Below, piece by piece: positions 1 through 12,250 of a stretch of DNA of 64,000 nucleotides. This DNA comes from Dimorphilus gyrociliatus. Taxonomy: Eukaryota > Animalia > Annelida. The stretch lies in the NCBI GenBank assembly GCA_904063045.1, contig CAJFCJ010000001.1, positions 3,472,001 to 3,536,000 on the forward strand, read 5' to 3'. Position 1 is the first letter of the stretch. Each line of letters opens with the position of its first letter. Below the pieces are notes generated by a model. The model did no database searches. It had not been told where the DNA came from and saw only the letters and a list, made by a program, of their open reading frames with translations. Made by a program: the position numbers and the translations under genes.

Positions 1-207
1 TTGACAGAATAGGTAACAATTATTGTTGTCAACCTCTACTCCGAATCATAATAGTTGGTCATTTTTTTTTTAATTAGTTAAGTAATTAATTAATTAATGC
101 CAAGTACTCATTCACTGTTTTTATTTCCCTTTCCTCCTTCCCCTCCTCATGTTCCCAATCTTCCTCCTCTGCCTAGAGAGTTGCCGTTTTTAAGTTTGAT
201 TTTATGC

Positions 208-325
208 TACAGGGACAAATTAGGCAATTTTTCCGCTACATATGCCGTGAAAGAAAGATCTGGAAAATTTCCAGATAGGATCACAGTGCTTTTGGCATGT
301 TAATGACACTAGATATTAAGAACGC
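208..325 (+). pseudogene. Highly decayed cullin-3 exon-3 fragment
   Basis: tacag|ggacaaattagg...gaaagatctgga...atgttaatgacact aligns to Cul3 exon 3 (3355 on). RDKLGNFSATYAVKERSGKFPDRITV vs [26 protein letters not shown]. Acceptor AG retained at 211-212. Confidence 0.8.
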
Positions 326-720
326 AAAGTCAACATGATTGAAACTGAGAAAAAGTTTATGTAACTATTTACATAAACCAGATTTTTTGCTTCTTCTACG
401 TTAGATCTATTTAACAAGATATATAAAAACGTTATGGGTTTACTTGTTCATTATTTTTTAAGTTTATACAAGATGAGAATGCAACTGTCAGAAATGACGT
501 CTTGCTATGACAAACCGTCGAGGAGCTAGCGCTTTTTTTCAAGCAAGTAGAATATGCTGTACATTATCTTGCTTACACTATCAATTAAGTTCTCTTGTAA
601 TTCTTTATCAAAGAGTTTTCATTGTCATTTACCTTTTATTTCTTACTCTTCCTTCAAGAAACGTATAGGAGAGTTGTGAGCTACTACCAAGAACCCCTTA
701 CAAAGATCCCACATTACATA

Positions 721-1440
721 GAAGAACTCTATCGAAATGCCTACACAATAGTCTTCAATGAAAATGGTCAAAAACTTTACGACGGATTACAAATTCGAGT
801 TCTACAAGAACATCTCGTAAACAACAGCGATATAATCGAATCGCTCAGCAACAATTTTCTATCGTCCTTAAACATCGCATCGTTAAAACATCAGACAGCA
901 ATGATGACAATTCGAAAGATTAGTCTTTCTTTTATATTCCTTTCAGAGACAAATTAAGGAATACCCTACTACAAATGGTTGCCAAGGAAAGATCTGGAGA
1001 GGTTGTTGATAGAATCACCGTGAAAAATGCTTGTAATATGCTAATGACACTAGGTATAAATCAACAAAGATGTCCGTGTATTAGATTTTGAAGATCCATT
1101 TTTTGAACAATCAACAGGGTTTTATCGTACAGAAATTCAAAAATGTTTGTCAAGAAAATTGGTGAAACGTTGACAGTTACATTAATAAGGCGAGTTTGAA
1201 CATGAATTATTATTTACATACATAATTTACGGCAATGTAAGTCGTTCGGGTTGTCTTTGAAGAGGTTTACAAATGTTACTTTCCCTATCTTCCTGTTTAT
1301 TTGTATTAAACCGAGAACAGTCTATTCATATATTTTAATTTTCTGTTCTTTAATAGATTGGACAATAAATGGATGATGAAGTATCCAGTACAAATAACTA
1401 CCTAGATCCCTCTACTGAACCTGCAATAATTCTTCAAGTT
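721..1440 (+). pseudogene. Decayed partial cullin-3 duplicate (exons 2-4 with intron remnants)
   Basis: [24 protein letters not shown]...HQTAMMTIR matches Cul3 exon 2. Exon-3 copy at 947-1189 is frameshifted and its donor is mutated (aag|gcgagtttgaacat vs aag|gtatgtttgaacat). Exon-4-like sequence at about 1358-1440 (tacctagatccctctact). End of exon 2 and most of intron 2 are deleted. Confidence 0.9.
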
Positions 1441-2148
1441 ATTCAATACCAACCGTCCTTTTGGAGGTATTAAAATAATTAATTTGAATAATTCATAATA
1501 ATAGTCTTTGATTTATTTCTCTTGTCAATAAATATAACTAATTTTAAAATGAAAAACAGGATTACGTCAAAAAGAGGAAAATACAGGATACTACGAAAAT
1601 AATGAACTCAACAAAAATTAACACAACTATCGCTTTAGTGGATGTCAATTTGTCTTAGCTGTTTCTTTTCTTATGCGAAGAGTTATATACTTTTCTCTTC
1701 GTTTCATGTGTGTTTCACGGAAATATATATTGATGTATTATCAAATCTCAGGGCTATATTAGCAGTTCGGTATCGTCTACACTTCTGTCAGCTGATAGAT
1801 TTGTACTACCAAATTGTTTATAACAATGTTAGGATTTTGATAAGAAAACCAATTTTTATCTCTTCAAAAGGATAAGTAAAATGCAGTTTCTTCCTAGAGT
1901 ATAAATGTAAACTTAATTTTCTAACAAGGTTGTTAGGTTCGTATTTTCTGCTTAAATCTCCAGATGACAACCGCCATGATTAATAGACTGGTTACCTGGT
2001 TACTTTGGAAAATATTGGCAAAAAACATTTAATCAAGTTTTCAGTAAAATATTAATAAATCATTGAATAAAACGAAAGTTTTAGTTAAATATTTGTTGAC
2101 GTATTTTTCGTTTAAAAGAAAAATAGTTTTTGAAATAAAATAGTTGGA

Positions 2149-2157
2149 GCATGCGCA
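2149..2157 (+). promoter_or_regulatory. NRF1-like GCATGCGCA motif upstream of cullin-3
   Basis: Seen about 170 bp upstream of the ATG. A near-identical CGCATGCGCA lies at 48450-48459. Function is inferred. Confidence 0.35.
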
Positions 2158-2325
2158 ATAAGGATAGCTATGATGGCCGCGATCGTAAAGCAGTTAAATT
2201 TTTCATAGAGATATAAAAGAAATTGAAGGGGAATCGTTGGCTACTGAAGACGTTTACATATAAATAATTCTTTACTTTGAAATTTAGCGTTTAATTATAT
2301 TGTAGTAAAAACATTTCAAGTGATT

Positions 2326-5300
2326 ATGTCGTCCATGTGTGGAGGAAGCAAAAAGAAAGAATCATCAAAAATGAGAATTCGAGCCTTTCCAGTAAGTGAA
2401 TCTGCTAATAATTTAAATATATATTATCCTGTTTATATTATTTATCAATAGCAATTATTGTTTACTTAAATTTCGATTCAAAAATTAGGATTTTTCCTTT
2501 ATTTATTAAGATTTTTATTTACAAACATCTAATCGAATAAAAAATTTCTTCACTCATTAAATCCACGTAGTTTAAAGAATATAATAATATTGTAACATAA
2601 CGTAAAATTCCTGTGTAAAGGCTTAGTCAATTTTCTGGAGAAAAAAATTTGAAACATTCTCTTAATTTTGTCATTTCCATTCAATAAAATGAAGAAATCG
2701 TATTCTCAATTAATAAATTACCTTACCTATTCACTTATTGTTTCTTTCTTTTTTCCTACTCATCCTCATCTTCCCTTCAACAGACTAGTATGGATGAGAA
2801 ATTTGTTGAAAGTATATGGGCTCTCCTCAAGAACGCTATACAAGAAATTCAAAAGAAAAACAATAGCGGTTTAAGTTTTGAAGAACTCTATCGAAATGCC
2901 TACACAATGGTCCTCCATAAACATGGTCAAAAACTTTATGACGGATTACAAATTGTTCTACAGGAACATCTCGTAAACAAAGTTCACAGCGACATACTCG
3001 AATCGCTCAACAACAATTTTCTATCGTCCTTAAACACCGCTTGGTCAGAACATCAGACAGCGATGATGATGATTCGAGATATACTAATGTATATGGACCG
3101 AGTTTATGTTAAACAGAGCGGCGTAAAAAATGTATACGATTCCGGAATAGAGAAATTTAAAGATTGTGTAGTTTATTCACAACAAATTAGGTGAATATTC
3201 AATCATTTTTTCTCCGTCTGCTTCTCCTCAGCTACTCTTAATTCTGTTTTTCTTTTAATCTCTCTCTATCTATCTCTCGTTTTTCAGCCCAAAACTTTCG
3301 ACTACTTAATTAGAAGTTATTTTTCATTTCCTTCCATTTTGTTTCAATATACAGAGATAAATTAAGGAATATCCTGCTACAAATGGTTGCCCAAGAAAGA
3401 TCTGGAGAGGTTATTGATAGAATCGCTGTGAAAAATGCGTGCAGTATGTTAATGACACTTGGTATAAATCAACGAGGGGTCTACGTATCAGATTTTGAAG
3501 ATCCATTTTTGGAACAATCCAGAGAGTTCTACCGTACAGAAAGTCAAAACTTTTTGTCTGAAAATTGCGCTAGCGTTTACATTAATAAGGTATGTTTGAA
3601 CATTTAATTCGCACTGTTAAATATACCGATAGATGCAATTTCCTTATTGTTTTCTAGGTTGAGCAAAGGATCAACGAAGAAGCAACTAGAGCTGAAGTTT
3701 ACCTAGATGCTTCTACTAAACCTAATATAGTCAAAGTTTTAGAAGAAGAGCTAATTTGTAAGCATATGAAGACTATCGTTGAAATGGAAAATTCTGGGGT
3801 AGTTCACATGCTTAAAAATGATAAAATAGACGATTTACAATGTATGTACAAGTTATTCGCTCGAGTTCCTGACGGTTTAAAGACAATGATGGAGTGTATA
3901 AGTGGATACTTACGGGAACAGGTAAGATAAAAACTACAATTTTTTAATACTAAAAGTATTTGATTTAATTAATTCATATATTGAAAATTTATTATTAATT
4001 CATTTGTATAGGGAAGAGCTTTAGTGAGCGAAGAAGAGACTGGAAAAAATGCTATTGCTTTCGTTCAAGCACTCTTGGATTTGAAAGACCGTTTCGATAA
4101 TTTATTAAAAAGAAGCTTTGCTAATGATGTCCAAATTAAGCAAACAATTTCAAGAGACTTTGAATATTTTATTAACTTAAATACGAAAGCACCAGAGTAT
4201 TTGAGCCTGTTTATTGATGATAAACTGAAGAAAGGTGTTAAAGGAATGACCGAGAATGAAATTGAAAACATTCTTGACAAATCAATGGTTTTATTTAGGT
4301 AGGGAAATTGTTACAATTTCTTTTTATTCTGTGCTTTTTAATTTTCTATATAAATCTTTTTAATTATTTTCATATAGGTATTTACAAGAAAAAGATGTAT
4401 TTGAACGATATTATAAACAACATCTCGCCAAACGACTCCTACTCGATAAGAGTGTTTCGGATGATAGTGAAAAGACAATGATTACAAAGTTAAAAACTGA
4501 ATGTGGCTGTCAATTCACCTCCAAATTAGAAGGAATGTTTAAAGATATGAGTGTTTCTAAAACAACAATGGAAAAATTCCGTGAAGAAGTTCGAACAGAG
4601 TTACCCTTAGATTTATCTGTTAGAGTTTTAACAACTGGTTTCTGGCCCACTCAGGCTGCCACTCCCAAATGTCGAATACCAGAAATGGCTAGTCGAGCAT
4701 TCGAATGTTTTACAAAATTTTATTTAAGCAAACATTCAGGAAGACAATTAACCCTTCAACCTCAATTGGGATCAGCTGATTTACATGCACAGTTTTATGG
4801 GAGGGAGTCTTCTGAAAATGCTTTGGGTAAATCCGCAATCCGAAAGCATATTATACAGGTAATTTATTTACTTGCCTCTTTTACAGATTGGCTTTCAGTT
4901 GCTAATTTTTATTGTTTATTTTTTATTTATATAAAATGTAAAAATATACGATAAGGCGCATACTATTATTAAATGTTGATTTTTTAGGTCTCCACATACC
5001 AAATGGTCGTATTAATGTTATTTAACGAACGCGACGCTTGGACGTTTGATGACATTAAAAACGAAACTTACATTCCCGATAAGGATTTAATACGAGCTCT
5101 TCAGTCACTCGCATTGGGAAAGATTGGTCAAAGGATTTTGGTTAAGGAGCCGAAAAGTCGAGATATAGAGGGAACTCATGTATTTTCGGTCAACGATGCG
5201 TTCACTTCAAAGTTACATCGTGTTAAAATTCAAACTGTAACAACAAAAGGTGAATCGGAACCCGAGAGGAAAGAAACTCGTAACAAGGTCGACGAGGATA

Positions 5301-6349
5301 GGAAACACGAAATTGAAGCTGCTATAGTTAGGATCATGAAAGCTAGAAAGAGATTGCAGCATAACGTTTTAGTTGCTGAGGTGACTGAGCAGTTGAAAGC
5401 AAGATTCTTACCAAGCCCCGTCGTAATCAAGAAGAGAATAGAAGGATTGATCGAAAGAGACTATTTGGCGAGGACACCGGAAGATCGGTTAGTAAAATTT
5501 ATATTACATATTATTATCTATAGCATTAGATGTAATGAGAAAAGATAAGCTTATCAACTTTTATACGCAAGTATAAACATCGATTTATTCATCTGTCCTT
5601 CAGCGAAAGTGTAGGTTAAAAATTAGGTATCAAAGGAGTTTTATAACATTTATTTTATTCGATATTCATTTATTTAAATTCATGGTCATGTTATATATAA
5701 CCTTGCCATTCGGACATATTTCAATATTGTATTGCATATATATAGATCATCTAGGTTTACAAATTTAATGTAGTTGCCACTAGATGGCTCTTATGCTAGA
5801 TTTTTTTAAAATATTTTCCAAAGATAAATGATTCTAGTGTAGTTAAATAGAAATTCTCGTTTTCTATCTTAAGAAATATACATAGGTCACATTGAGAGAA
5901 AAAGAGCAAAGCGATTTTTTATTTCTATATATATATATATACAGTATATCTTGTATAGACAGTATATATAGAATATATATATATATCTATATATATATAC
6001 AGTATATTAGTATATATATATTGCTCAATAGAAACTATTTAGGATTTTTAAATAAAGTTAAAAATTCGTGATGTAGTTTGAGTGAACAAAATAAAATCTA
6101 TTCAATAAACTTAAATTAAATAATCGTGCAGTGGAAAATTTTGTATTTTATTTTTTTTTCTCAAAGTATTTTCATTGAAATGGGCAGTTGGTGTATAAAC
6201 AATTAAAGAAAATAAATATATAAACTAATATAAGTAAAGAATATAGGACTAATTAAAATTTATAACGATAGATATTTTAGTAATAATATTATAATGAATG
6301 TTATTTTCTTTTTATCCTTTACAGAAAAGTGTACACGTATGTCGCCTAA
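2326..6349 (+). CDS. CUL3: Cullin-3, 754 aa, 8 exons
   Basis: Exons 2326-2391, 2784-3190, 3355-3589, 3658-3921, 4012-4298, 4378-4858, 4988-5487, 6325-6349; all GT-AG; sum 2265 nt. Motifs [37 protein letters not shown] (neddylation site) and C-terminal RKVYTYVA. Confidence 0.98.
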
Positions 6350-6725
6350 AACAAACAAAAAAAGAACTGATAACTCATATATACATTTAATATAATGTAT
6401 TAAATAAAGCATATATATATATATATATAGATTGTTTGTATATAAATATATGGTTTATATATATATACATATATATATATATGTATATATATTTATATGT
6501 ATTTATATATATATATATATATAAATAATAAAAACGATAAATGCAAGATGTGAAATTTCCTTTTATTTAAAAAAAAAAAATATTATTAATGGAATGAAAA
6601 TAAATTTATATTTTTTGTTTAAAAGAAAAAGAAATAATCAAACAAATTTTAAAAAATTATATAATTAAAGAGATATAAAGAAGGAAGGAAGGAAAGAAGG
6701 AAAGGGAGAAACAATGTAAAAACAC

Positions 6726-6758
<33 letters not shown>

Positions 6759-7272
6759 CGATACACAGTATATATAATATAAAGTGTTTTATATTAATTT
6801 TCCTTTCTATTCTTCTCTCCTCTTCATTTTTGTGTTCCTTCTTTTTTAAACTTTGTTGTTTTATATACTTTTTTGACTTATTATTTTTTTTATCTATTCT
6901 TTTTAAAGAGAAACTTGACGAGCAAATTATTTTTTTGTTTATTAATCTAATTGGGAAAATATAAAAAAGAGAAAAAGAATGTTTCGAAGGAATTTGCTTC
7001 CTTCTCTTATCCCTCTGCTCCCTCCTCCCCCCCCTCTCTCTCTCTCTCTCTCTTTCTCTTTCTCTGCCTCCATCTTTTTCTTTTTTTTTTACGAAAGAAA
7101 AAACTTTCTTAATAGAAAGTCAGTTTTTTTTTTTGATGCAATGGAAAGTGTAAGGGTAAGGAATAGCAAAAAGCAGAGTTGAAACGGGATCCAGATTAAC
7201 CTAGATTAGATACTGATAAAGGCGGTTTGCAGTACGCTGTGTACTGGAAAAAACACTGCAAAACGCCGAGCT

Positions 7273-9112
7273 ATGACGACCGATATATCGGCTTCTGATC
7301 TGGAAGGTTTGGTTTTAATTATTTTATTATTAAATAAAGACTAAAACAAAGTAAAAGTAATTTACATAGGAAAGAAACTCGAAATGTATAAGTTTTTAAT
7401 GAATTTTCTTTACCAATACATTACTTGTATATGCCTGTGTATACGTATAGGTCTGTTTGCGTGTGTGTGTGTGTGTATGGGCTTCGTTATTTCCTCTGTA
7501 ATTAACGAAGAACAGTTAAGGATAAAGATGAAAATAAGGAAAGAATAAAGACGAAATAAAAAAAAACCGGATTATTTAAAATCGTCTATCAATACGAAAA
7601 ATTAATTTATACATACTTTATAATTAACGTAGAGAAAAGAAAAGATCTTATCTTTTAACCTCTTTAGCCTATTCTTCATTCTTCCTTCCTTCCTTCCTTC
7701 CTTCCCTCCCTCCCTCCCAACCTCTCTCCCTGAATATAAAAAGAAGAAAAAAACTATCGGTGGATAGGAGAATTTAAAAAATTCAATTATCTTCGAGTAT
7801 AGAATTAAAGTAGTTGTATGTAAAGACTTGAAGTTGTAGTAGAATGGAAAAAACGATTTAAGCTGTTTATTTATATTACTACTAGTGTAATGGCGGGGGA
7901 TCTTTTGCAATTATTATATTACATTATCGTCTATAAAAACGAATTAAGAGTAGGATGGGAGTTGTAGAGAAGAGAAGGTGAACAAAAATATTTACTTTAA
8001 CCTTACGATCGAGTTGTTTAGTAAAAAACAAAAGTTCCCTTTAAAGAAAAGAAGGCTATGCCAAGGTATCTTAAAAACAGTAAGGGAAGAGGAAGTGGAA
8101 GTAGATGCAATTTATAGATTGAGAACAAGCAACTTTTCAGGTGTTGGGTGAAAGGCGTTAAAAGGTTATATAAGTGGGAAAAGGTTTCAAATTAACCAAT
8201 TAACAATTATTAAATCAGTCTATGCTGTTTTAGAAGAAAATAAATTTTTCCCCTTTTCCTCTCCTCTCCTTACCTTTGCCCTTTCCACCCCAGCCCATGA
8301 TCATCTACTAATTTCTCTCTTCGTAGGGAAAGTATGAAAAAACGATTTAGAAAAACTTGTGGCCTATCTATATATAAAACATAAACAAAACTGCAACGTT
8401 CCGACAGCAATATGGTTCGAATTTTTGCAGTATTCGCACGCGGTAGAATATACAAACATTCCATTAGCACCTGTTTTTGTTATACTAGCCTTTTTTGACC
8501 CGGTTTAAACCGTTTGAAAAAAATTTTAATTCTTTTCAAATAAAAATTTTTTCAAATAGAAACTTTCTACTGCAAAATCTAAATGCAGTATATGTGATAT
8601 ATACACACACGTACACACTTATATATACAGTATATATATATATATATATATATTAGTATATCTATTTATATACCTATATCTATGTAATACTCTTCCTATT
8701 TTTATTCTCTTTAGATGTCAAAGAAGTTTTCGACCTCTTCGACTTTTGGGACGGTAGAGATGGTCTGGTCGATGGAGCCAAGGTTGGCGATCTTTTGCGT
8801 TGTATTGGTTTAAATCCCACTAAGCAAGCGGTTAACAAACAAGGAGGATGCGAAAAGTTTGGTAAGAATTATACTAACATGTAACTGCATAGCAATCAAA
8901 TACCTTAAATAATCGACTACTATAAGAACAACAGAAGGAAATCTTAGACGAATATTTTAGGTAATTCGACCCTGTGTTATTATTTATTATTCGTTCATCC
9001 TTTCCATTTTTTGTATTTATTTAAAAAAACAATTCTCCATTTTATATAAATAATATAGAAATATTATTTTCGTAGCTGGAGATTCAATAGCTTGCATTAT
9101 TTACTCTTTTTT

Positions 9113-9158
<46 letters not shown>

Positions 9159-10274
9159 CCCTGCCCCTATCCTATTTTCCTCCTGAAACTACTCCCTTCT
9201 TGCATCTGTCTTTATGTGCATATGTCTCTCCTCTTCCAGTCGCTCACTCTCTCTTTATTTATATTATCTCTCTTCCCTCTTTCTCTCTTTCTCTCATGCT
9301 TTCTCTCCTACTCCTCTGCCTTCTCTTCCTCGCTCACCATGTCCTATTTTTTAAATTTCATTATTTTTTAATCTCTATCCTTTCTATCCTTTACTTTCTC
9401 TTTCTGGATTTTTCTTTTGACTTTTCTTCATCTTCCCCCCTTCCCTCTTGTCTGTAGACTTGTCGAATACATTTTTTTATCCTTTTTTCCCCTCCGCAAT
9501 GATGCAATAAAGTTAAATTGATGTAGTGTTATCTAATCATACTCGAGTTATCAGGTTATCATTGCAGTCAGATGCGGATTTACAGGCCTAGCAAAAATGC
9601 AGTAACGATTTTGTTTACACGTAAAAGAGTAGATGGAAGCAATTGATAGTTAAAGTAAACTAGTAAAAAGACTGAATTTAACAAACCAAACGCTGATCAT
9701 CGAATAAAAAATTTCATTTCAAAAAGAAGTTTTGTTCTTAGTAGAGAGAAACAGATAAATAGAAAGAAAGAAAGAAAGAAAGAGAGGGGAGGAGGAAGGG
9801 GGAGTATAAGAAAAAAAACTAATGAAAGATAATATCCCAACATCTTTCACCATGGCATAGGTATACAGCCTACAATTATAGTTCCTTCCCTATAGCCTTG
9901 TACTTGGTTTCTTCGTCCTATTTATATTATTAGACGAGACTTGCTTATAATCCTTGATATTTCTTTCTACTTGAACTATTTCTTTCATTGCCCTATCTGT
10001 TTACTCTTATATAAAGTTTTTTTTTCACCCTATACAAGTCCTCTCCTAGTTTACAATGTGTTTTACGATCAATTCTCATTTTTCTTTCTAATAGCGACAT
10101 CTAGGGGTTTTAAAGTGGATTAGGAAAACAAGGCAAACTAATTTTTGTCACCTATTTGATGAAAACCGAACCCTTTTGGTTTTCACAAGGTTACGATTTC
10201 CAGGGAAATATGTTATAAATATATCAAATATATTTTATTCTATATTCCTTTCTGTCCTTGTCTCTGTCTGTCTA

Positions 10275-10320
<46 letters not shown>

Positions 10321-10937
10321 TCTTTATATATAGTTTAGTTTATGCTGAGCTTGCAAGGTAAAGTAAAAGAAAAAAGGATCAAAAAAATAGAATGGAAAAT
10401 TAGAATATATAGAGAAAGAGAAAAAAGATGGGAAGAGAATTAATGAAAGGAGAATATAGACATACAGAATTAAACACAAGTTTTAATGGTCTTGACAAAT
10501 TATTACTTTTTTTTTATTCGTTTTCGTATCTTTACAGGTGAAAAGCAATACAAATTTGAGGAAGTATTACCAGTTTATACATCCTTGAGTAAGGATACTG
10601 ATACTGGTACTTTTGCCGATTTTATGGAGGCATTCAAAACGTTTGATAGAGAAGGGCAAGGCTATATTTCAGCTGCTGAAATGAGGCATGTTTTGACTTA
10701 TATGGGAGAACGTCTGACGGACGGAGAAGTAGACGATATTCTAAAGTTTACTGAAACTGAAGAAGATTTGGATGGAAACATAAAGTACGAAGGTACGTAA
10801 AAGAGAGAGAGAGAGAGTGAGAGAGAGGAATAAAAACAAATTTAACAAATTAGAAAGGATTAGTTTATTAATTTATATCATTTTTCTTTTAAACAGAATT
10901 TATCAAGAGGGTTATGAAAACTGAGAAGACTATTTAA
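7273..10937 (+). CDS. Muscle myosin essential light chain, 158 aa, 4 exons
   Basis: Exons 7273-7306, 8715-8861, 10538-10792, 10897-10937 (477 nt). [28 protein letters not shown]...[18 protein letters not shown]...[13 protein letters not shown]. Confidence 0.95.
9117..9152. repeat. (CT)n microsatellite, representative of dozens of (AG)n/(CT)n and (AT)n tracts
   Basis: Seen directly. These tracts explain most of the SLSLSL/YIYIYI ORFs in the track. Confidence 0.95.
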
Positions 10938-12250
10938 AGGCTAGTTATATATTGGTCTTGTCACTTTTGTTTCCCTGCTTTTTCTCTTGTCCGTTTGTTT
11001 CAATATAATTCATCATCTCATACTTTTATTATTATTATAATTATGTTAATTATTAATATATTATCATATATAATCTGTTCCTCGCATCATCGTCATCATC
11101 TTCATCGTTATCGTCAACAACATCATCATCATGATCATCTTCTTCTTCTTCTTCTTCTTCTTCTTCTTTTCGTCTAACTATTAATGATTGGATATATTTT
11201 CCGTTTGGAAATTTTAGGAGTGGAAAAAGACTATCTAACAGTTTTGACAATAAAACTGAAAATAGATAAAATTAACGGTAATTAATGGGAAAATGCTCAT
11301 TTTATCAATAAAGAAATGAATATATGTATGCATGTATGTATGTTTACACAACGCAAGAAGATGATAGTAAATACAATTTGTTTATTTAATCCCAATCTTT
11401 TGGCTAAAGACTCTTGAAATGTACTAATCACTTTTTGACTCTAAAAGTGACGCTTAACAAAAGTAAAAAACGAAGAAAAAAAACAGATAAAAAGATAAGA
11501 GGAAGCGAGACAAGACTGATAAAAACAAAATCAATCTAAAAGTCTAAAAGAGTAAAGTCGCCTTCTTTCCTTCTTAGCGTTCCGTTATTTTTGGTTGTCA
11601 TTCCCACAATAATTGCTGCCTTTAATAGAAAAGTGGAAGGGTTAAACGTCTTTACGGTACGTTTACTGTAATGATTTTATTGTCAAAATGTACTATCCGT
11701 ATGGTCGTATATACACCAGGATTTTGAGTATAAATACAAAAAAGACATGCACTGGAAAATTCTTACAATATGCATAGAATCGTATTCTTTAATAAGCTAA
11801 CCGTAACACGTGAGGATATTGAAAAGATTATAGTTTTACAATAAGTTAAAAAGGCATCAAAAACGATTAAATTATTACTTCAAAGACGCCTTTCATCTAT
11901 CTAATAAAATCGTTAATTTTTACCTTTTGTATTCAATAACAATCAGAAACTTTTTTCCACTAGTTTAATTGTTTTTCTCTTTTCCAGTTAAATTCACTGT
12001 TTTAGATGTATTCTTAACTATTCAATTCTCTATCTTTCCTCCTCCTCCTCCTCTCTTTCTCTCAACTCTTCTCTTCTTCGTTCCCTTTCAATAAAAGAGA
12101 TAGTTCAAAAAGTTCGCGAAAAAAAAATTTACGTTACCAATCAGAAAATCATAGCCAGAAGTATATCGACGCCTCCTCTTTTCGATTTCTCCTCTACGCT
12201 AGGTGTCCTCCCGGTTGGCGACTAATCATCACTTTTCCAGATGACTTTCA

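Noticed and set aside
5601-5619. Possible alternative Cul3 last exon (cag|C GAA AGT GTA GGT TAA, RESVG*)
   Set aside because: It would destroy the conserved Y.Y.A winged-helix end; the exon at 6325 is canonical.
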